Of a stretch of DNA of 64,000 bases, positions 28,746 through 39,341 are shown piece by piece. The position numbers were made by a program, and so were the translations under genes. Each line of letters opens with the position of its first letter. Position 1 is the stretch's first letter. The notes below the pieces were generated by a model, which was not told the origin of the DNA, did not search any database, and worked only from the letters and a program-made list of their open reading frames with translations. The DNA is from Candidatus Zixiibacteriota bacterium (GTDB lineage Bacteria > Zixibacteria > MSB-5A5 > GN15 > FEB-12): the NCBI GenBank assembly GCA_028289585.1, contig JANQPI010000020.1, forward strand, positions 96,039-160,038. Direction: 5' to 3'.

Positions 28746-29984
28746 TTAGGCGGTCGGCGATGGTGTGGGCTCTTTGAGCTCGGCGGTATTGGCGATCACA
28801 GCGGTGCCCACCGAATCGCCCCAGACGTTCACAGTGGTCCGACAGCGGTCAAGGAACCAATCGACCGCCCAGATCAATCCGATCCCCTCGATCGGTAAAT
28901 TGACCGCGGTCAAGACAAAGACCATCATAACGGTACCCGCGTGCGGAATCCCAGCCGCACCGACCGAAACCATCGTCGCGGTGATAAAGATCAGCAGTTG
29001 ATCGGTTAGTGTCAGATCGATACCAAAGACCTGTGCGATAAAGACCGCTGCCACCGCCTCGTACAAAGCGGTTCCATCCATATTGATTGTCGCACCCAAC
29101 GGTGTCACGAATGAGACCGCCTTCGGATCGACTTTGTTTTTCTCCTCAAGTTCTTCCATCGTGATCGGCAACGTTGCCGACGACGACGCGGTTGTAAACG
29201 CGGTCATGAAGACCTTGCCGAGGTTAGTACCGAACTCCCACGGTGACCGCCCCCCGAGATACTTGAGAAGTAGTGGCAGCGTAACGAACGCATGAATCGC
29301 CAGGCCGATGATGACGGTCAGCGAGTACATGCCGAGCGACGAAACAAGTTCGGTCAACTCGTCACGTTTCTCCGCGACAATTGAACCGATTAGCGCCAGC
29401 ACACCAATCGGAGCCGCATAGATGATCAGGTGAACGAGTTTCATCATCGCCTGATTGATACCATCAAAGAACCCGATCAGAACATCCGCCCGCCGTCCCA
29501 TCGTAGTGAGCACGCCGCCGAACACGAGCGAGAAGAGAATGAGACCCAGAATTTCACCGTCAGCGGCCGCTCCGACCAGATTGCTGGGGATAAGCGAAAG
29601 AAAAATATCTTCGATTCCGCGACCCTGGGCCTTCTCAACTACATCGGGTACCGCGGTGTCGAGCGGCTCAACGCCGACACCCGGCCGCAGGATATTGACC
29701 AGAATCAGACCGACAATAAGCGACAACATCGTCGTACTGAAATAGTAGGCGACCGTCTTACCCGCAGTGCGACCAAGGCGGCGAATGTCACCGAGCGAGG
29801 TAACGCCGATGATGACCGACGACACAATCAGTGGGATGACGACCAATTTGAGTGCGTTGATGAACAGCGTCCCAACAACGCCCAGAGCACCGAAGACATT
29901 GGGAAGAAAGTAGCCGCCGAGAGCACCGACGACCGTCCCCACGATCATGCCAATCAGAATGATATTGCCGCTCTTATCGGTCAT
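28746..29984 (-). CDS. dicarboxylate/amino acid:cation symporter (DAACS family, GltP/GltT-like)
   Basis: 412 aa, 8-10 TM, conserved DAACS motifs (…PLGATINMDGTALYE…). Confidence 0.85.
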   Translation of the reverse strand: MTDKSGNIILIGMIVGTVVGALGGYFLPNVFGALGVVGTLFINALKLVVIPLIVSSVIIGVTSLGDIRRLGRTAGKTVAYYFSTTMLSLIVGLILVNILRPGVGVEPLDTAVPDVVEKAQGRGIEDIFLSLIPSNLVGAAADGEILGLILFSLVFGGVLTTMGRRADVLIGFFDGINQAMMKLVHLIIYAAPIGVLALIGSIVAEKRDELTELVSSLGMYSLTVIIGLAIHAFVTLPLLLKYLGGRSPWEFGTNLGKVFMTAFTTASSSATLPITMEELEEKNKVDPKAVSFVTPLGATINMDGTALYEAVAAVFIAQVFGIDLTLTDQLLIFITATMVSVGAAGIPHAGTVMMVFVLTAVNLPIEGIGLIWAVDWFLDRCRTTVNVWGDSVGTAVIANTAELKEPTPSPTA

Positions 29985-30052
29985 ATGCGCCTCAGATGGT
30001 AGGAATGTGCTGCGGGAGTATAGAGACTTGGGACAGGAGAAACAAGCGACCC

Positions 30053-31440
30053 TCAGACAGGAGAATCGATCAACTGTTTCTCAAACGTAACCGCCGACAA
30101 CATCGCATCGACATAGAAATAGTGCTCAAGCTTGAACGGTATGAAGCGGAGCGATACATCGTCCGGTCGAAACCAGCGATCACACACCTCGGCGTTAGGG
30201 TCACGACCAATACGGGTGCGAAAGATTACGACATCGGCCAGTGACAGTGCGCTCGGCAGCGTCAACGTAACGGGCGCCAGACGATACCCGGCCAACGACG
30301 AAGCATCGGCATCGACCCAATCAAATCGCCCCCCCGCCACGGTCATGCGGTGCGCCAGCTTGTACACCTGCTCGAAACGCTCCACGCGAAAGGCGGGGAT
30401 AAGCAATTCCCTCGGCGGAGTTGTTGACGTGAACAGGCGCTGCAACTCCTGCTCCTGACTCCGCCCCAGATCGAAAGCCCAGAATGGTACGAGGAGTGAT
30501 CCCGGGGCGCTTCCGGCCGCCAACGATGCGTTAACTGCAATCGCCTGCTCGGCAATGTCGACACGTCCGCAGTTGGCGCAGCTATAGAAGTAGGAGTGAT
30601 TGTCCGGAAGGTCGACGCCGCAGTTGTCGCAGCGATGAAACGAAAGTCCGAGTGAACCGAACGTCATCGCTATCTCCGATGGAGTCTCGGTCGACGACAC
30701 GTCGTTCGCAATCGGCTCCTTCAGCAACCGTCCGGAAACGCCATCCTGAACAAACCGCCGGACGCCATTACTGTCGTAGGTTTCGATCACTACGTACGGG
30801 AAATAGACCAGATCGACCTCAGGATGGAACCATTCAGTGCGGTTCTGCCCAAAATCGCCGTGCGACATCATCCCCATCACCCCGATACTCCGGGCGGCGG
30901 CCGCTTCGGCTTCCTCCGATGAAACGACAACAGGCAAGAGATCGTAATCGCCCTCAACGCGGTCGCTGGTAAGCGGCGCAATCGGGAGAATTGCGGAACG
31001 CATTCCGATCGACGCTGGTACTCCCGCCAGCGGAGCCGCGGCTGCTACAGTCGTCTCATGCGGCGAGAGCCAGATCGACGTCGTATCGACATCGTACTCG
31101 ACGTCGGGTTGCTCACTGGAGACAACCATCGCTGTCCGTTGCTCTCGCGTGTTGCGGAGCTTCAGAACGACTGCCTTAATTCGCCAGTAGGGGTAGAGCA
31201 GATGCTTGATCTGAAGCGACGACGATGTCAACCGCTCTCCTGCCTCCTTGAGAGCGCGGTCGAGTTTGAAGCGGAGTTCGCGACGCGAGAGCCTGGTGGT
31301 GACAAAGAATGCCGGCGGTTGATCGGGACGGACAATACGTAGCACCGAACCGCAGGAGGTGCAGACGGCGAGAAAGAAATCGTCGTCAAGCTCGATGTCG
31401 GCACCACACCCGGGGCAACCGACATCGATCGTAAACCCAC
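30053..31440 (-). CDS. tandem zinc-ribbon protein (two CxxC...CxxC ribbons, two similar halves), YdjG/YdjH-like partner of SPFH protein; start uncertain (annotated ATG overlaps upstream gene by 197 nt, likely a non-ATG start near 31440)
   Basis: CPGCGADI...CTSCGSV and CDNCGVD...CANCGRV motifs; co-directional and contiguous with the SPFH gene. Confidence 0.5.
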
Positions 31441-31445
31441 TTCGT

Positions 31446-32555
31446 TTACTGGCCGGCTGACTCGGTGCCACCCGCAACCGCCTGTCCACATTCGGCACAG
31501 AATTTCGCGTTCGGAATGAGCTCAGCCGAACACTTGGTGCATGACTCAATGGCCGGGACACCCGTGCCGCAGTTCGGGCAGAACTTCGGACGTCCCACTG
31601 AGGCGAGATCAAAGCCACACGACATACAGAACGCGGCGGCATTCATGCGGCCACCACCCGAAGGTCCAAACGGACGCCCGCCCCCTCCAGTTGCCGACGC
31701 GCCGGGGTCGCTTGAGCCGGGCGGGTGGCCGGATGCCAGCATACCGGGCATCAGCATTCCTACGCCCGCCCCCAAACCGAGACCGGCCCCGGCGGCCTGA
31801 GCCGAACCTGGCTGACCGAAGCCCTTCGCCACCTGGAATTGCATGAACTTACCGAGATCACCCACAGCACCCATGCCGGAGCGATTGTCGATCATCTTGG
31901 CGACTTCCTCCGGCGGCGTGATCGACGTGATATAGAAATCGACCAGTGTCAGTCCATACTTGGCAAACTCATCAGTGACGAGCTGCTTGAACTCGGCTGA
32001 CAGCTCGGTGTATTGGGCCGGAAGATCAAACACCGTTTCCAGCTTTTCGCCGAGCATATCATTCATACGAGCGATGATGACATCACGGAGGTAGGACTGG
32101 ATGTCTGCCGTCGTAAACCGAGCCTCGCGGCCAACGATCTGATCAAGGAACGTGACCGGTTCGGAAATCTTGATCGTGAACGCGCCGTGCGCGCGAAGGC
32201 GAACCAGACCGAGCTGCTTGTCGCGGAACGCGACCGGGTGCGTGGTTCCCCACTTCAGATCAGTAAAGACCTTGAGATTAACGAAGTACGCCTCGGCCCG
32301 GAATGGTGAATTAAAGCCGAACGGAAACGCAGCAAGACGCGTCAAGATCGGTATATTGGCGGTCACCAGCGTATGCCGACCGGGACCAAACTGATCGGCT
32401 GCCTGACCGGACTTGTAGAAGATGGCGAGCTGGCTGTCCCGAACGATTAACTGGGCACCCAGCTTAAAATCCGCCGATCCGTTTTGTGGAATCCGGTGAA
32501 TCATCTCGGTCCCCGAGGGGTCCATCCATTCAATGACTTCGATTAAGAGCGACAT
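31446..32555 (-). CDS. SPFH/band-7-like protein (YdjI-like) with Gly-rich linker and C-terminal double zinc ribbon
   Basis: 369 aa; SPFH-like core, ...[13 protein letters not shown]..., C-terminal CMSCG...CPNCG...CTKCS...CAECG. Confidence 0.65.
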   Translation of the reverse strand: MSLLIEVIEWMDPSGTEMIHRIPQNGSADFKLGAQLIVRDSQLAIFYKSGQAADQFGPGRHTLVTANIPILTRLAAFPFGFNSPFRAEAYFVNLKVFTDLKWGTTHPVAFRDKQLGLVRLRAHGAFTIKISEPVTFLDQIVGREARFTTADIQSYLRDVIIARMNDMLGEKLETVFDLPAQYTELSAEFKQLVTDEFAKYGLTLVDFYITSITPPEEVAKMIDNRSGMGAVGDLGKFMQFQVAKGFGQPGSAQAAGAGLGLGAGVGMLMPGMLASGHPPGSSDPGASATGGGGRPFGPSGGGRMNAAAFCMSCGFDLASVGRPKFCPNCGTGVPAIESCTKCSAELIPNAKFCAECGQAVAGGTESAGQ

Positions 32556-32781
32556 AACGGGCCTCCGAATAGCGGAATCGTTTGTCCGGTCTTCGACATC
32601 CGTCGCGGAATTCTCTACAACCGGCGGCTATCCTATCGCCTCGTTTGCCAAAAGAGTTCAATTCGGGTACGGCTCTGGGCGCCCGGTATTCGCAAAAAAA
32701 ACTTGGGCAGGTGGAGGTTCGGTCCGTTAATTAAAGCGTGGTTCGGCATCCGAATCGCTCTATCATGAAGATGCTAAACTG

Positions 32782-34443
32782 ATGAGACGCAAGACGTTTG
32801 CAATTTCTATCTGCCTCCTGGTCGGTTTCGGCCTGCCGCTTTCGGCCGCTCCCGGAGATACCCTTCTGCCCGATCTGATCGTTAATCCGAACGATCTCTA
32901 CGATAATGAAATCGTCCGGGCCGATGTCTTCGGCGGCCTCTATCTGCGCATATCTAACGGTGTCGCCAACGTCGGTGACGGCCCCCTGATTATCCGGACG
33001 ATCGACGGCTCCGAAACCGATTCGACCCAGGCCGTGGAGCAGCTTATGCAGGTCGAGGGTGGACCGTTTGCAACCAACGAGGCCGGCACGTTCATCTTCC
33101 ATCCGACCCACGGACATATTCACTTCGAAGGCTGGGCCCTGTTCCAGTTGCGGGAAGTCCTGGCGGACGATGGCGTCGGCGACCCGATTGCAATCGGCAA
33201 CAAGATCTCCTTCTGCATTGTCGACGAGAGCGTGTTCGACAACACGCTGCCTAACTTCGATCCGGCCGGACCATTCATTTTGTGCGGCGTACCACCAGGC
33301 GAGACCGTCGTGCAGGGATTGTCGGTTGGCTGGATCGACACCTACGACAAATCGCTCCCCGATCAATTCATTGACATCACAACGGTTCCCGACGGTGAGT
33401 ACTGGCTGGAGTCGATCGCAGATCCGGACAATCGGATCATCGAACGCGACGAAACGAACAATGTCGCGCGCATCAAGATTACACTGGGTTCAGGTGGCGA
33501 TAGCTATGAACCAAACGATGCGATCGTTGTCGTTAACGATCGTGAGTCGGGAGTGCCGAATTCTCCCAACATCGGACCGGCCGCTCCGGAGCTGACAATC
33601 ACCAATCTCTCACTACACGTGTCCGGTGATCGTGATTACTTCAAGGTCTACTTCCCGGGTGAAGGAGCAATGGGCGACTACGTTCGACTTACATTCCCGG
33701 TTGGTCCCGATGTGCCCGTCCTGCAACTACTCGACTCGGCATACCAACTGGTCGGGCAGGCAACCACTGGCTTTGGGGAACGAGTAATCAGCCTCGACGG
33801 TCTTGCCGCCGGTTGGCATTACATCAAAGTGATCGGTCAGAGTGGCTCGCTTTTGGAAGACTACACCCTGGAGGTGAATCCGCCGGCTAACAGCCCCCCC
33901 ACGCTGACACTCACCACGCCGGTTCAGGCAGATACGATCCTACACGGCTTCGACACCTATCCGGTGGAATGGAACTACTCCGATCCGGAGGGTAACTCCG
34001 CCTGGGTAACGTTCTACGTTAACGATCAGCCGGTTCTCGACGGTACCGAATTCATGCTTCCCCAGACTCGTTACACGCCGGCCGAATTCGGTCAAGCGAC
34101 AATCAACTCGGCCTATCTGGACTCAACAACCTACTACGTCTATGGTGAAATCACCGACGGTGGAAGCGTTTCGGGCTCGTGGGCAACGGGAACACTGACT
34201 CTGATCCCTCCGCCCTGTTGCTTTGCCCTCACTGGTAACGTTGATTGCGATCCGAGCGGTGAAACGGGGCTGGCCGACCTCAGTACCCTGATCGACCACC
34301 TTTTCATCACGTTCGCTCCCCTCTGTTGCGCCGGCGAGGCTGATATGGTCATCAGCAACGGGGACGAGGTCGGCTTGCAAGAACTATCTGCACTGATCAA
34401 TCACCTCTTCATCTCCTTCGAGCCGCTTCCTTCCTGCCGCTAA
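32782..34443 (+). CDS. secreted multidomain protein: putative lysyl-oxidase-like copper domain (HPTHGHIHFEGW), PPC (pre-peptidase C-terminal) domain, and C-terminal tandem dockerin-like module
   Basis: Signal peptide MRRKTFAISICLLVGFGLPLSAAPG; PPC signature YEPNDA...DRDYFKV...GWHYIKV...YTLEV; C-terminus CCFALTGNVDCDPSGETGLADLSTLIDHLFITFAPLCCAGEADMVISNGDEVGLQELSALINHLFISFEPLPSCR. Confidence 0.6.
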   Translation: MRRKTFAISICLLVGFGLPLSAAPGDTLLPDLIVNPNDLYDNEIVRADVFGGLYLRISNGVANVGDGPLIIRTIDGSETDSTQAVEQLMQVEGGPFATNEAGTFIFHPTHGHIHFEGWALFQLREVLADDGVGDPIAIGNKISFCIVDESVFDNTLPNFDPAGPFILCGVPPGETVVQGLSVGWIDTYDKSLPDQFIDITTVPDGEYWLESIADPDNRIIERDETNNVARIKITLGSGGDSYEPNDAIVVVNDRESGVPNSPNIGPAAPELTITNLSLHVSGDRDYFKVYFPGEGAMGDYVRLTFPVGPDVPVLQLLDSAYQLVGQATTGFGERVISLDGLAAGWHYIKVIGQSGSLLEDYTLEVNPPANSPPTLTLTTPVQADTILHGFDTYPVEWNYSDPEGNSAWVTFYVNDQPVLDGTEFMLPQTRYTPAEFGQATINSAYLDSTTYYVYGEITDGGSVSGSWATGTLTLIPPPCCFALTGNVDCDPSGETGLADLSTLIDHLFITFAPLCCAGEADMVISNGDEVGLQELSALINHLFISFEPLPSCR

Positions 34444-34555
34444 ATCTCTGCTTGTTCCGATCCTCTCCGAGTCACACTTTGTGGAAACTTAGACAACCAA
34501 CCACCGGTTCTAAGCGCCGACACCCGAAGATTCATTTCGACGCAAGGAACCGACA

Positions 34556-35182
34556 ATGGGGATTCCCGAACCACTGACCAAGCGCTCCTCAATAGCTGAG
34601 CCGCTACCTGACTTGACAGAACACGAACTCACCAGCCTAGCCGGACACTACGAACAGATTCTTCGTGGCGTTGGCGAAGATGTCGATCGCGAGGGGCTCG
34701 TCCGTACCCCGATGCGAGCGGCCAAGGCGTTTAGTCACCTTACCCGTGGTTACCGACAGAGCCTTGAGGAAATCGTCAACGGTGCGCTCTTCGAATCCGA
34801 CACCGATGAAATCGTTCTCGTCAAGAATATCGAACTCTACTCGCTGTGTGAGCATCACCTCCTGCCGTTCATCGGCAAAGCCCATGTGGCCTATCTGCCG
34901 GGCGGGAAGATTATCGGACTCTCCAAAGTCGCTCGCATCGTGGACATGTTCGCCCGCCGACTCCAGGTTCAGGAACGGCTGACCAAAGAAATTGCCGATG
35001 CCCTACAGTCGGTTACCGACGCAGCTGGCGTAGGCGTTGTCGTTGAGGCCAAACACCTCTGCATGATGGCGCGAGGTGTAGAAAAGCAAAACTCGGTGAT
35101 GAAGACATCGTGCGTCCTGGGTGAGTTTCGCTCCGACCCGGCAACACGACGCGAATTCTTCAGCTTGATCTACCGGGACTAG
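34556..35182 (+). CDS. folE: GTP cyclohydrolase I
   Basis: 208 aa; conserved ...CEHHLLPF...[23 protein letters not shown]... Confidence 0.9.
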   Translation: MGIPEPLTKRSSIAEPLPDLTEHELTSLAGHYEQILRGVGEDVDREGLVRTPMRAAKAFSHLTRGYRQSLEEIVNGALFESDTDEIVLVKNIELYSLCEHHLLPFIGKAHVAYLPGGKIIGLSKVARIVDMFARRLQVQERLTKEIADALQSVTDAAGVGVVVEAKHLCMMARGVEKQNSVMKTSCVLGEFRSDPATRREFFSLIYRD

Positions 35183-35384
35183 TTTCAGGCGACGCGGGAT
35201 TGTCTCGCGCTAACCACGTCGCCTCAATCGCGGCACACGAGCAACTTCCAGTTCGGTTCCGCCAGAGCGCCTGATGTTAGCAACTGTCTCTCGCAAATTC
35301 GAGTTATGCACGTCCCGCCGCCTCGGGGCTTCCGACTGGGCTCCGGAACGGCGGAGTCGTTTATATGGACCCGCGGGCCTGGCC

Positions 35385-36488
35385 ATGCACGGTACCGGTT
35401 TCAACCCGCAGGTCTATGTTGTTTTAGCCGGAGATGTTGATCCCGAGACCGGGATGATGGTCGACCTCGGCGAGGTCAAAGAGCGGATTCGCGAAGTGCT
35501 CTATCCGGCGTTCGATCATCGCCATCTCAATGCTGACACCGCACCGTTCAACCGGGTCCCCCCCACGGGTGAGATGGTCGGACTCGAAATCATGCAGCTA
35601 CTGACACCGCTCTTTGTGCGCGACCACGTCCGTATTGCCGCGGTTCATGTGCGCGAGGATGAATACTCGGGAGTTACCGTCTACGAATCCGGCAAAGTTG
35701 ACCGTCATACGACCATCGTCTTTTGTGCAGCACGCGTCACGCGATCACCGCATCTCTCGGAGGAGCAGAACCGTGAATTGTTTGGTATCGCAGCCGATCC
35801 AGCCGGCCACGGCCACACCTATCATCTGCACACCGTCGTGAGTGATCCGGTCGATGCAGCGACTGGTGTTATCATTCCTTATGTCGATCTCTGCCGAGCG
35901 CTGGAGGATGTTCGCTCGGAGCTCGATCACCGCCATCTCAATGTACAGGTCGACGGACTTGCAGAACAGCCGATAACAACGGAGAATCTGGCCCGCTACT
36001 GTTTGCGACGTCTCGCCGCTCACCTTCCCATCGATCGAGTGAAGCTCTACGAATTCCCGCATTTCTACGCCGAGCATACACTCAGCAATCTAACGAGCCT
36101 GGGAGTCCATGCGTCGTTCGACGCGATGCATCGTCTGCATTCCCCTCATCTGTCCGATCGCAAGAACAAGAAGACCTACGGCAAGTGTAACAACCCGAAC
36201 GGACACGGCCACACGTATCGCACCGAATTCAGTGTGTCGGCTCCGTTCAATGAGCAGACCGGGACGGTTGCCGTCCTTGATGAGCTTACGGAGAGTGTGG
36301 AGTCGGTCGTGGCTGGATATCACCACAAACATCTCGACCGGGAACTCGACGATTTTCACGATCGGCCGTCGACGGGTGAGAACATCATCGCCGCCCTCTG
36401 GCAACGTGCCGAGCCGGGGTTGCCGGGGAACCTGCAGCGCCTTAGACTCTGGGAAACACCGAACAATCGCTTCGCCATCCGGCGCTGA
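35385..36488 (+). CDS. 6-pyruvoyl-tetrahydropterin synthase family protein with three tandem PTPS/QueD-like modules
   Basis: Three DH(R/K)HLN motifs and two zinc-site HGHTY triads (PAGHGHTYHLHT, NPNGHGHTYRTE); start chosen at in-frame ATG 35385 (ORF opens at 35274). Confidence 0.7.
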   Translation: MHGTGFNPQVYVVLAGDVDPETGMMVDLGEVKERIREVLYPAFDHRHLNADTAPFNRVPPTGEMVGLEIMQLLTPLFVRDHVRIAAVHVREDEYSGVTVYESGKVDRHTTIVFCAARVTRSPHLSEEQNRELFGIAADPAGHGHTYHLHTVVSDPVDAATGVIIPYVDLCRALEDVRSELDHRHLNVQVDGLAEQPITTENLARYCLRRLAAHLPIDRVKLYEFPHFYAEHTLSNLTSLGVHASFDAMHRLHSPHLSDRKNKKTYGKCNNPNGHGHTYRTEFSVSAPFNEQTGTVAVLDELTESVESVVAGYHHKHLDRELDDFHDRPSTGENIIAALWQRAEPGLPGNLQRLRLWETPNNRFAIRR

Positions 36489-36508
36489 CATCGACGAGGG
36501 GTTCACAC

Positions 36509-37201
36509 ATGCCGCGATATCTGATCACCGGCGCAAGTAAGGGAATTGGTCGGGCCACGGCCCGTCGACTCGCCAACAAATCGATCGACCTCATTCTTCA
36601 CGGCCGCGATGAAACGGCCCTTGATGCTGTGCGAATCGATTGTGAAGGCCGAGGAGCGAGTGTAGCGACAGTCGCCGCCGACTTGAGCACGGTCGACGGC
36701 GCCCAGGCGGTTATTGATGCCATCGGCTCACAGTCGCTCGATCTATTGTGCAACAACGCTGGCTACGCGGTCGCCAAGTCCCTTGATGAGATTACCGTTG
36801 ATGACTGGAATCGACAGTTTGCCGTTAATGTCACCGCTCCCTTTCTCCTGATTAAAGCACTGGCACCGGCAATGCCGGCCGGTTCGATGATCGTCAACAT
36901 GTTGTCGGTCGCTGCCAAGAACGGCTTTCCCAATTGGTCAGCGTACTGCATGAGCAAGTTCGCGCTTGAGGGGTTTTCGCAGTCGATCCGACACGAACTG
37001 CGTGAACGCGGGATCAAGATTCTCACCATCTACCCTGCCGCCACGGATACGGAAATTTGGGAGACCTCGGTCGGCCGACCCGGTCCGGAGCAGATGCTGC
37101 CTCCCGAAGAAGTCGCCGAACAGATAGCGTTCGCTCTCGCCCGACCAAACGACGTCATGGTCCAGTTTGGCCCGATCAGCCATCTGATGGGGTATCTATA
37201 G
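36509..37201 (+). CDS. short-chain dehydrogenase/reductase (SDR); by context a sepiapterin-reductase-like final step of tetrahydrobiopterin synthesis
   Basis: TGASKGIGRATA Rossmann motif, YxxxK active site region (YCMSK); immediately downstream of folE and PTPS. Confidence 0.75.
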   Translation: MPRYLITGASKGIGRATARRLANKSIDLILHGRDETALDAVRIDCEGRGASVATVAADLSTVDGAQAVIDAIGSQSLDLLCNNAGYAVAKSLDEITVDDWNRQFAVNVTAPFLLIKALAPAMPAGSMIVNMLSVAAKNGFPNWSAYCMSKFALEGFSQSIRHELRERGIKILTIYPAATDTEIWETSVGRPGPEQMLPPEEVAEQIAFALARPNDVMVQFGPISHLMGYL

Positions 37202-37648
37202 GGTCGATCACGGTAACCACGGCTTTTCATCAGCAGTCAGATCATCGCCAGCTTGCCAACGCCCGCATGAAGAGCAACCAGGAGTGGACAGCGCCTTCCG
37301 GTATCGCGCCTACCGATCAGGCAGTTTTTCTGGACCATAATCGGATTCTTACCGAGCGCTCATATCCGATTAACGCTTGGGCCGTTTCCTTCCTTCACAC
37401 CAGACTAGCCTACCATCATCTACCCTTCCAATCCTCAGGCGATGGCCGGTGAACGTTCTCCGCGACACCGGCTATCATTTTATCTGGGAGCTAACGAACC
37501 GACCGGTCGACCGCTCGGTTTGACTTCATATGAGCAACGGACCCCGAGTCCGGGACGGTGCGGTTCGCCGGTCCTGATTTCCCAGGCCGAGAAATCGGTA
37601 AACCTAGGCATCCAACTTCGCCAGAGGAGACCCCGCTTCGACGAGAAG

Positions 37649-39184
37649 ATGGCAACAACCCTTCGACTCATTCTTGGCGACCAGCTGAATCACAATCACT
37701 CGTGGTTCACAACGGTCGACGACTCGGTTGTCTATGTGATGATGGAGATTCGTCCGGAGTCCGAGTACGTGCGTCATCATATTCAGAAACAACTCGCGTT
37801 CTTCACGGCAATGCGACGATTTGCTAATTGGCTGCGCACGCGAGGTCATCGGGTCGATTACTTAACGATCACCGATCACCGTAACCAACACAGCTTTTTG
37901 GCAAATTGTCAGATGCTGGTCGAGTCTCTCGGAGCAACGCGATTCGATTTCATTGAACCGGACGAGTACCGCCTCGACCAGCAGCTCGCCGACGTCGTCG
38001 CAGAGCTTGGTCTCGATGCCGCCATGGTCGACAGCGAACACTTTCTGACATCGCGGACCGACCTGGGTGACTTCTTTGCAGGCAAGAAGACATACCTGAT
38101 GGAATCGTTTTATCGCATGATGCGACGACGTCACGACGTACTGATGGACGGTGACGGACCTCGGGGTGGGAAATGGAATCTCGACACGGAGAATCGCAAG
38201 CCGCTGCCCAAGAATCATCAACTACCGGACCGGCCCGGCTTCGCCAACGATGTTCGCGACATTCTCATCGACATCGAAACCGCCGGGTTGCTCTCGTTCG
38301 GGCGAGTTGACGCCACAGCCCTGCGCTGGCCGCTTGATCGGCGGCAAGCGCTGCAGGCGCTGCAGCAATTCGTCGACATCGCGTTACCAGATTTCGGCAG
38401 GTACCAGGATGCGATGACATCGTCGGGATCGTTCCTGTACCATTCCCTCCTATCGTTTGCACTCAACGTGAAGCTCCTGCATCCGCGGGAGGTGATCGAT
38501 GCGGTCGTGGCGGCCGGCGATGCTCACTCCCGTGACATTCCGTTCAGCGCCGTGGAGGGCTTTGTCCGACAGATTCTCGGTTGGCGTGAATACATGCGCG
38601 GCATCTACTGGTCAACAATGCCCGACTATGCAGATCAGAATTACTTTGGCCATACGAATCGACTCCCCTCCTGGTACTGGACCGGAGATACGAAGATGGC
38701 CTGTCTGCGACATGCGATCACGCAGTCGCTTGACGATGCCTATGCACATCACATTCAACGGCTGATGATCACCGGCAACTTCGCTCTCCTGGCGGGTATT
38801 GATCCCGATGAGGTCGGTTCGTGGTACCTGGGGATCTATATCGATGCGATCGAATGGGTGGAGATCACCAACACTCGTGGAATGAGTCAGTTCGCCGATG
38901 GCGGACTTGTTGCCACTAAGCCGTATGTCTCCAGTGCCAACTACATCAATAAAATGTCAGATTATTGCATGTCATGTCACTACAGTCGCACTCTACGGAC
39001 CGGTGAGCAGGCGTGCCCATTCAATTCTCTCTATTGGGATTTTTTCGATCGTCAGCGCCATCTGTTGGGCACTAACCACCGACTGAGCATGGTCTATCGA
39101 ACGCTTGATAAGCTGAGTGCGACTGACCGCGACGCGATCCGCCGTCACGCGAAATCCATACGGAAAAATCTAGATTTGCTGTAA
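37649..39184 (+). CDS. cryptochrome/photolyase-related protein (COG3046, FeS-BCP/CryB/PhrB-type, possible (6-4) photolyase)
   Basis: N-terminal LRLILGDQL, FAD-binding domain motifs, C-terminal Cys cluster (CMSCHY...CPF) consistent with a [4Fe-4S] site. Confidence 0.7.
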   Translation: MATTLRLILGDQLNHNHSWFTTVDDSVVYVMMEIRPESEYVRHHIQKQLAFFTAMRRFANWLRTRGHRVDYLTITDHRNQHSFLANCQMLVESLGATRFDFIEPDEYRLDQQLADVVAELGLDAAMVDSEHFLTSRTDLGDFFAGKKTYLMESFYRMMRRRHDVLMDGDGPRGGKWNLDTENRKPLPKNHQLPDRPGFANDVRDILIDIETAGLLSFGRVDATALRWPLDRRQALQALQQFVDIALPDFGRYQDAMTSSGSFLYHSLLSFALNVKLLHPREVIDAVVAAGDAHSRDIPFSAVEGFVRQILGWREYMRGIYWSTMPDYADQNYFGHTNRLPSWYWTGDTKMACLRHAITQSLDDAYAHHIQRLMITGNFALLAGIDPDEVGSWYLGIYIDAIEWVEITNTRGMSQFADGGLVATKPYVSSANYINKMSDYCMSCHYSRTLRTGEQACPFNSLYWDFFDRQRHLLGTNHRLSMVYRTLDKLSATDRDAIRRHAKSIRKNLDLL

Positions 39185-39341
39185 CGCTCGTGTACGACTT
39201 CTGTCGAATATCTGCATAAGCAACGTTACGGTTGGTCGCGTTTTTGGCAACCTGCAAGTCAATGATTCTCTGAGTAATCTGGAATTCGATAGATTCCCCC
39301 GGGCAGCCCCGCTATACTTCAGGCGCGTAAGGAGTGTGCTT

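Noticed and set aside
33059-33595. 178-aa + strand alternate-frame ORF inside the 553-aa secreted protein gene
   Set aside because: Ser/Arg/Thr-rich frame artefact; the main frame has signal peptide and PPC domain
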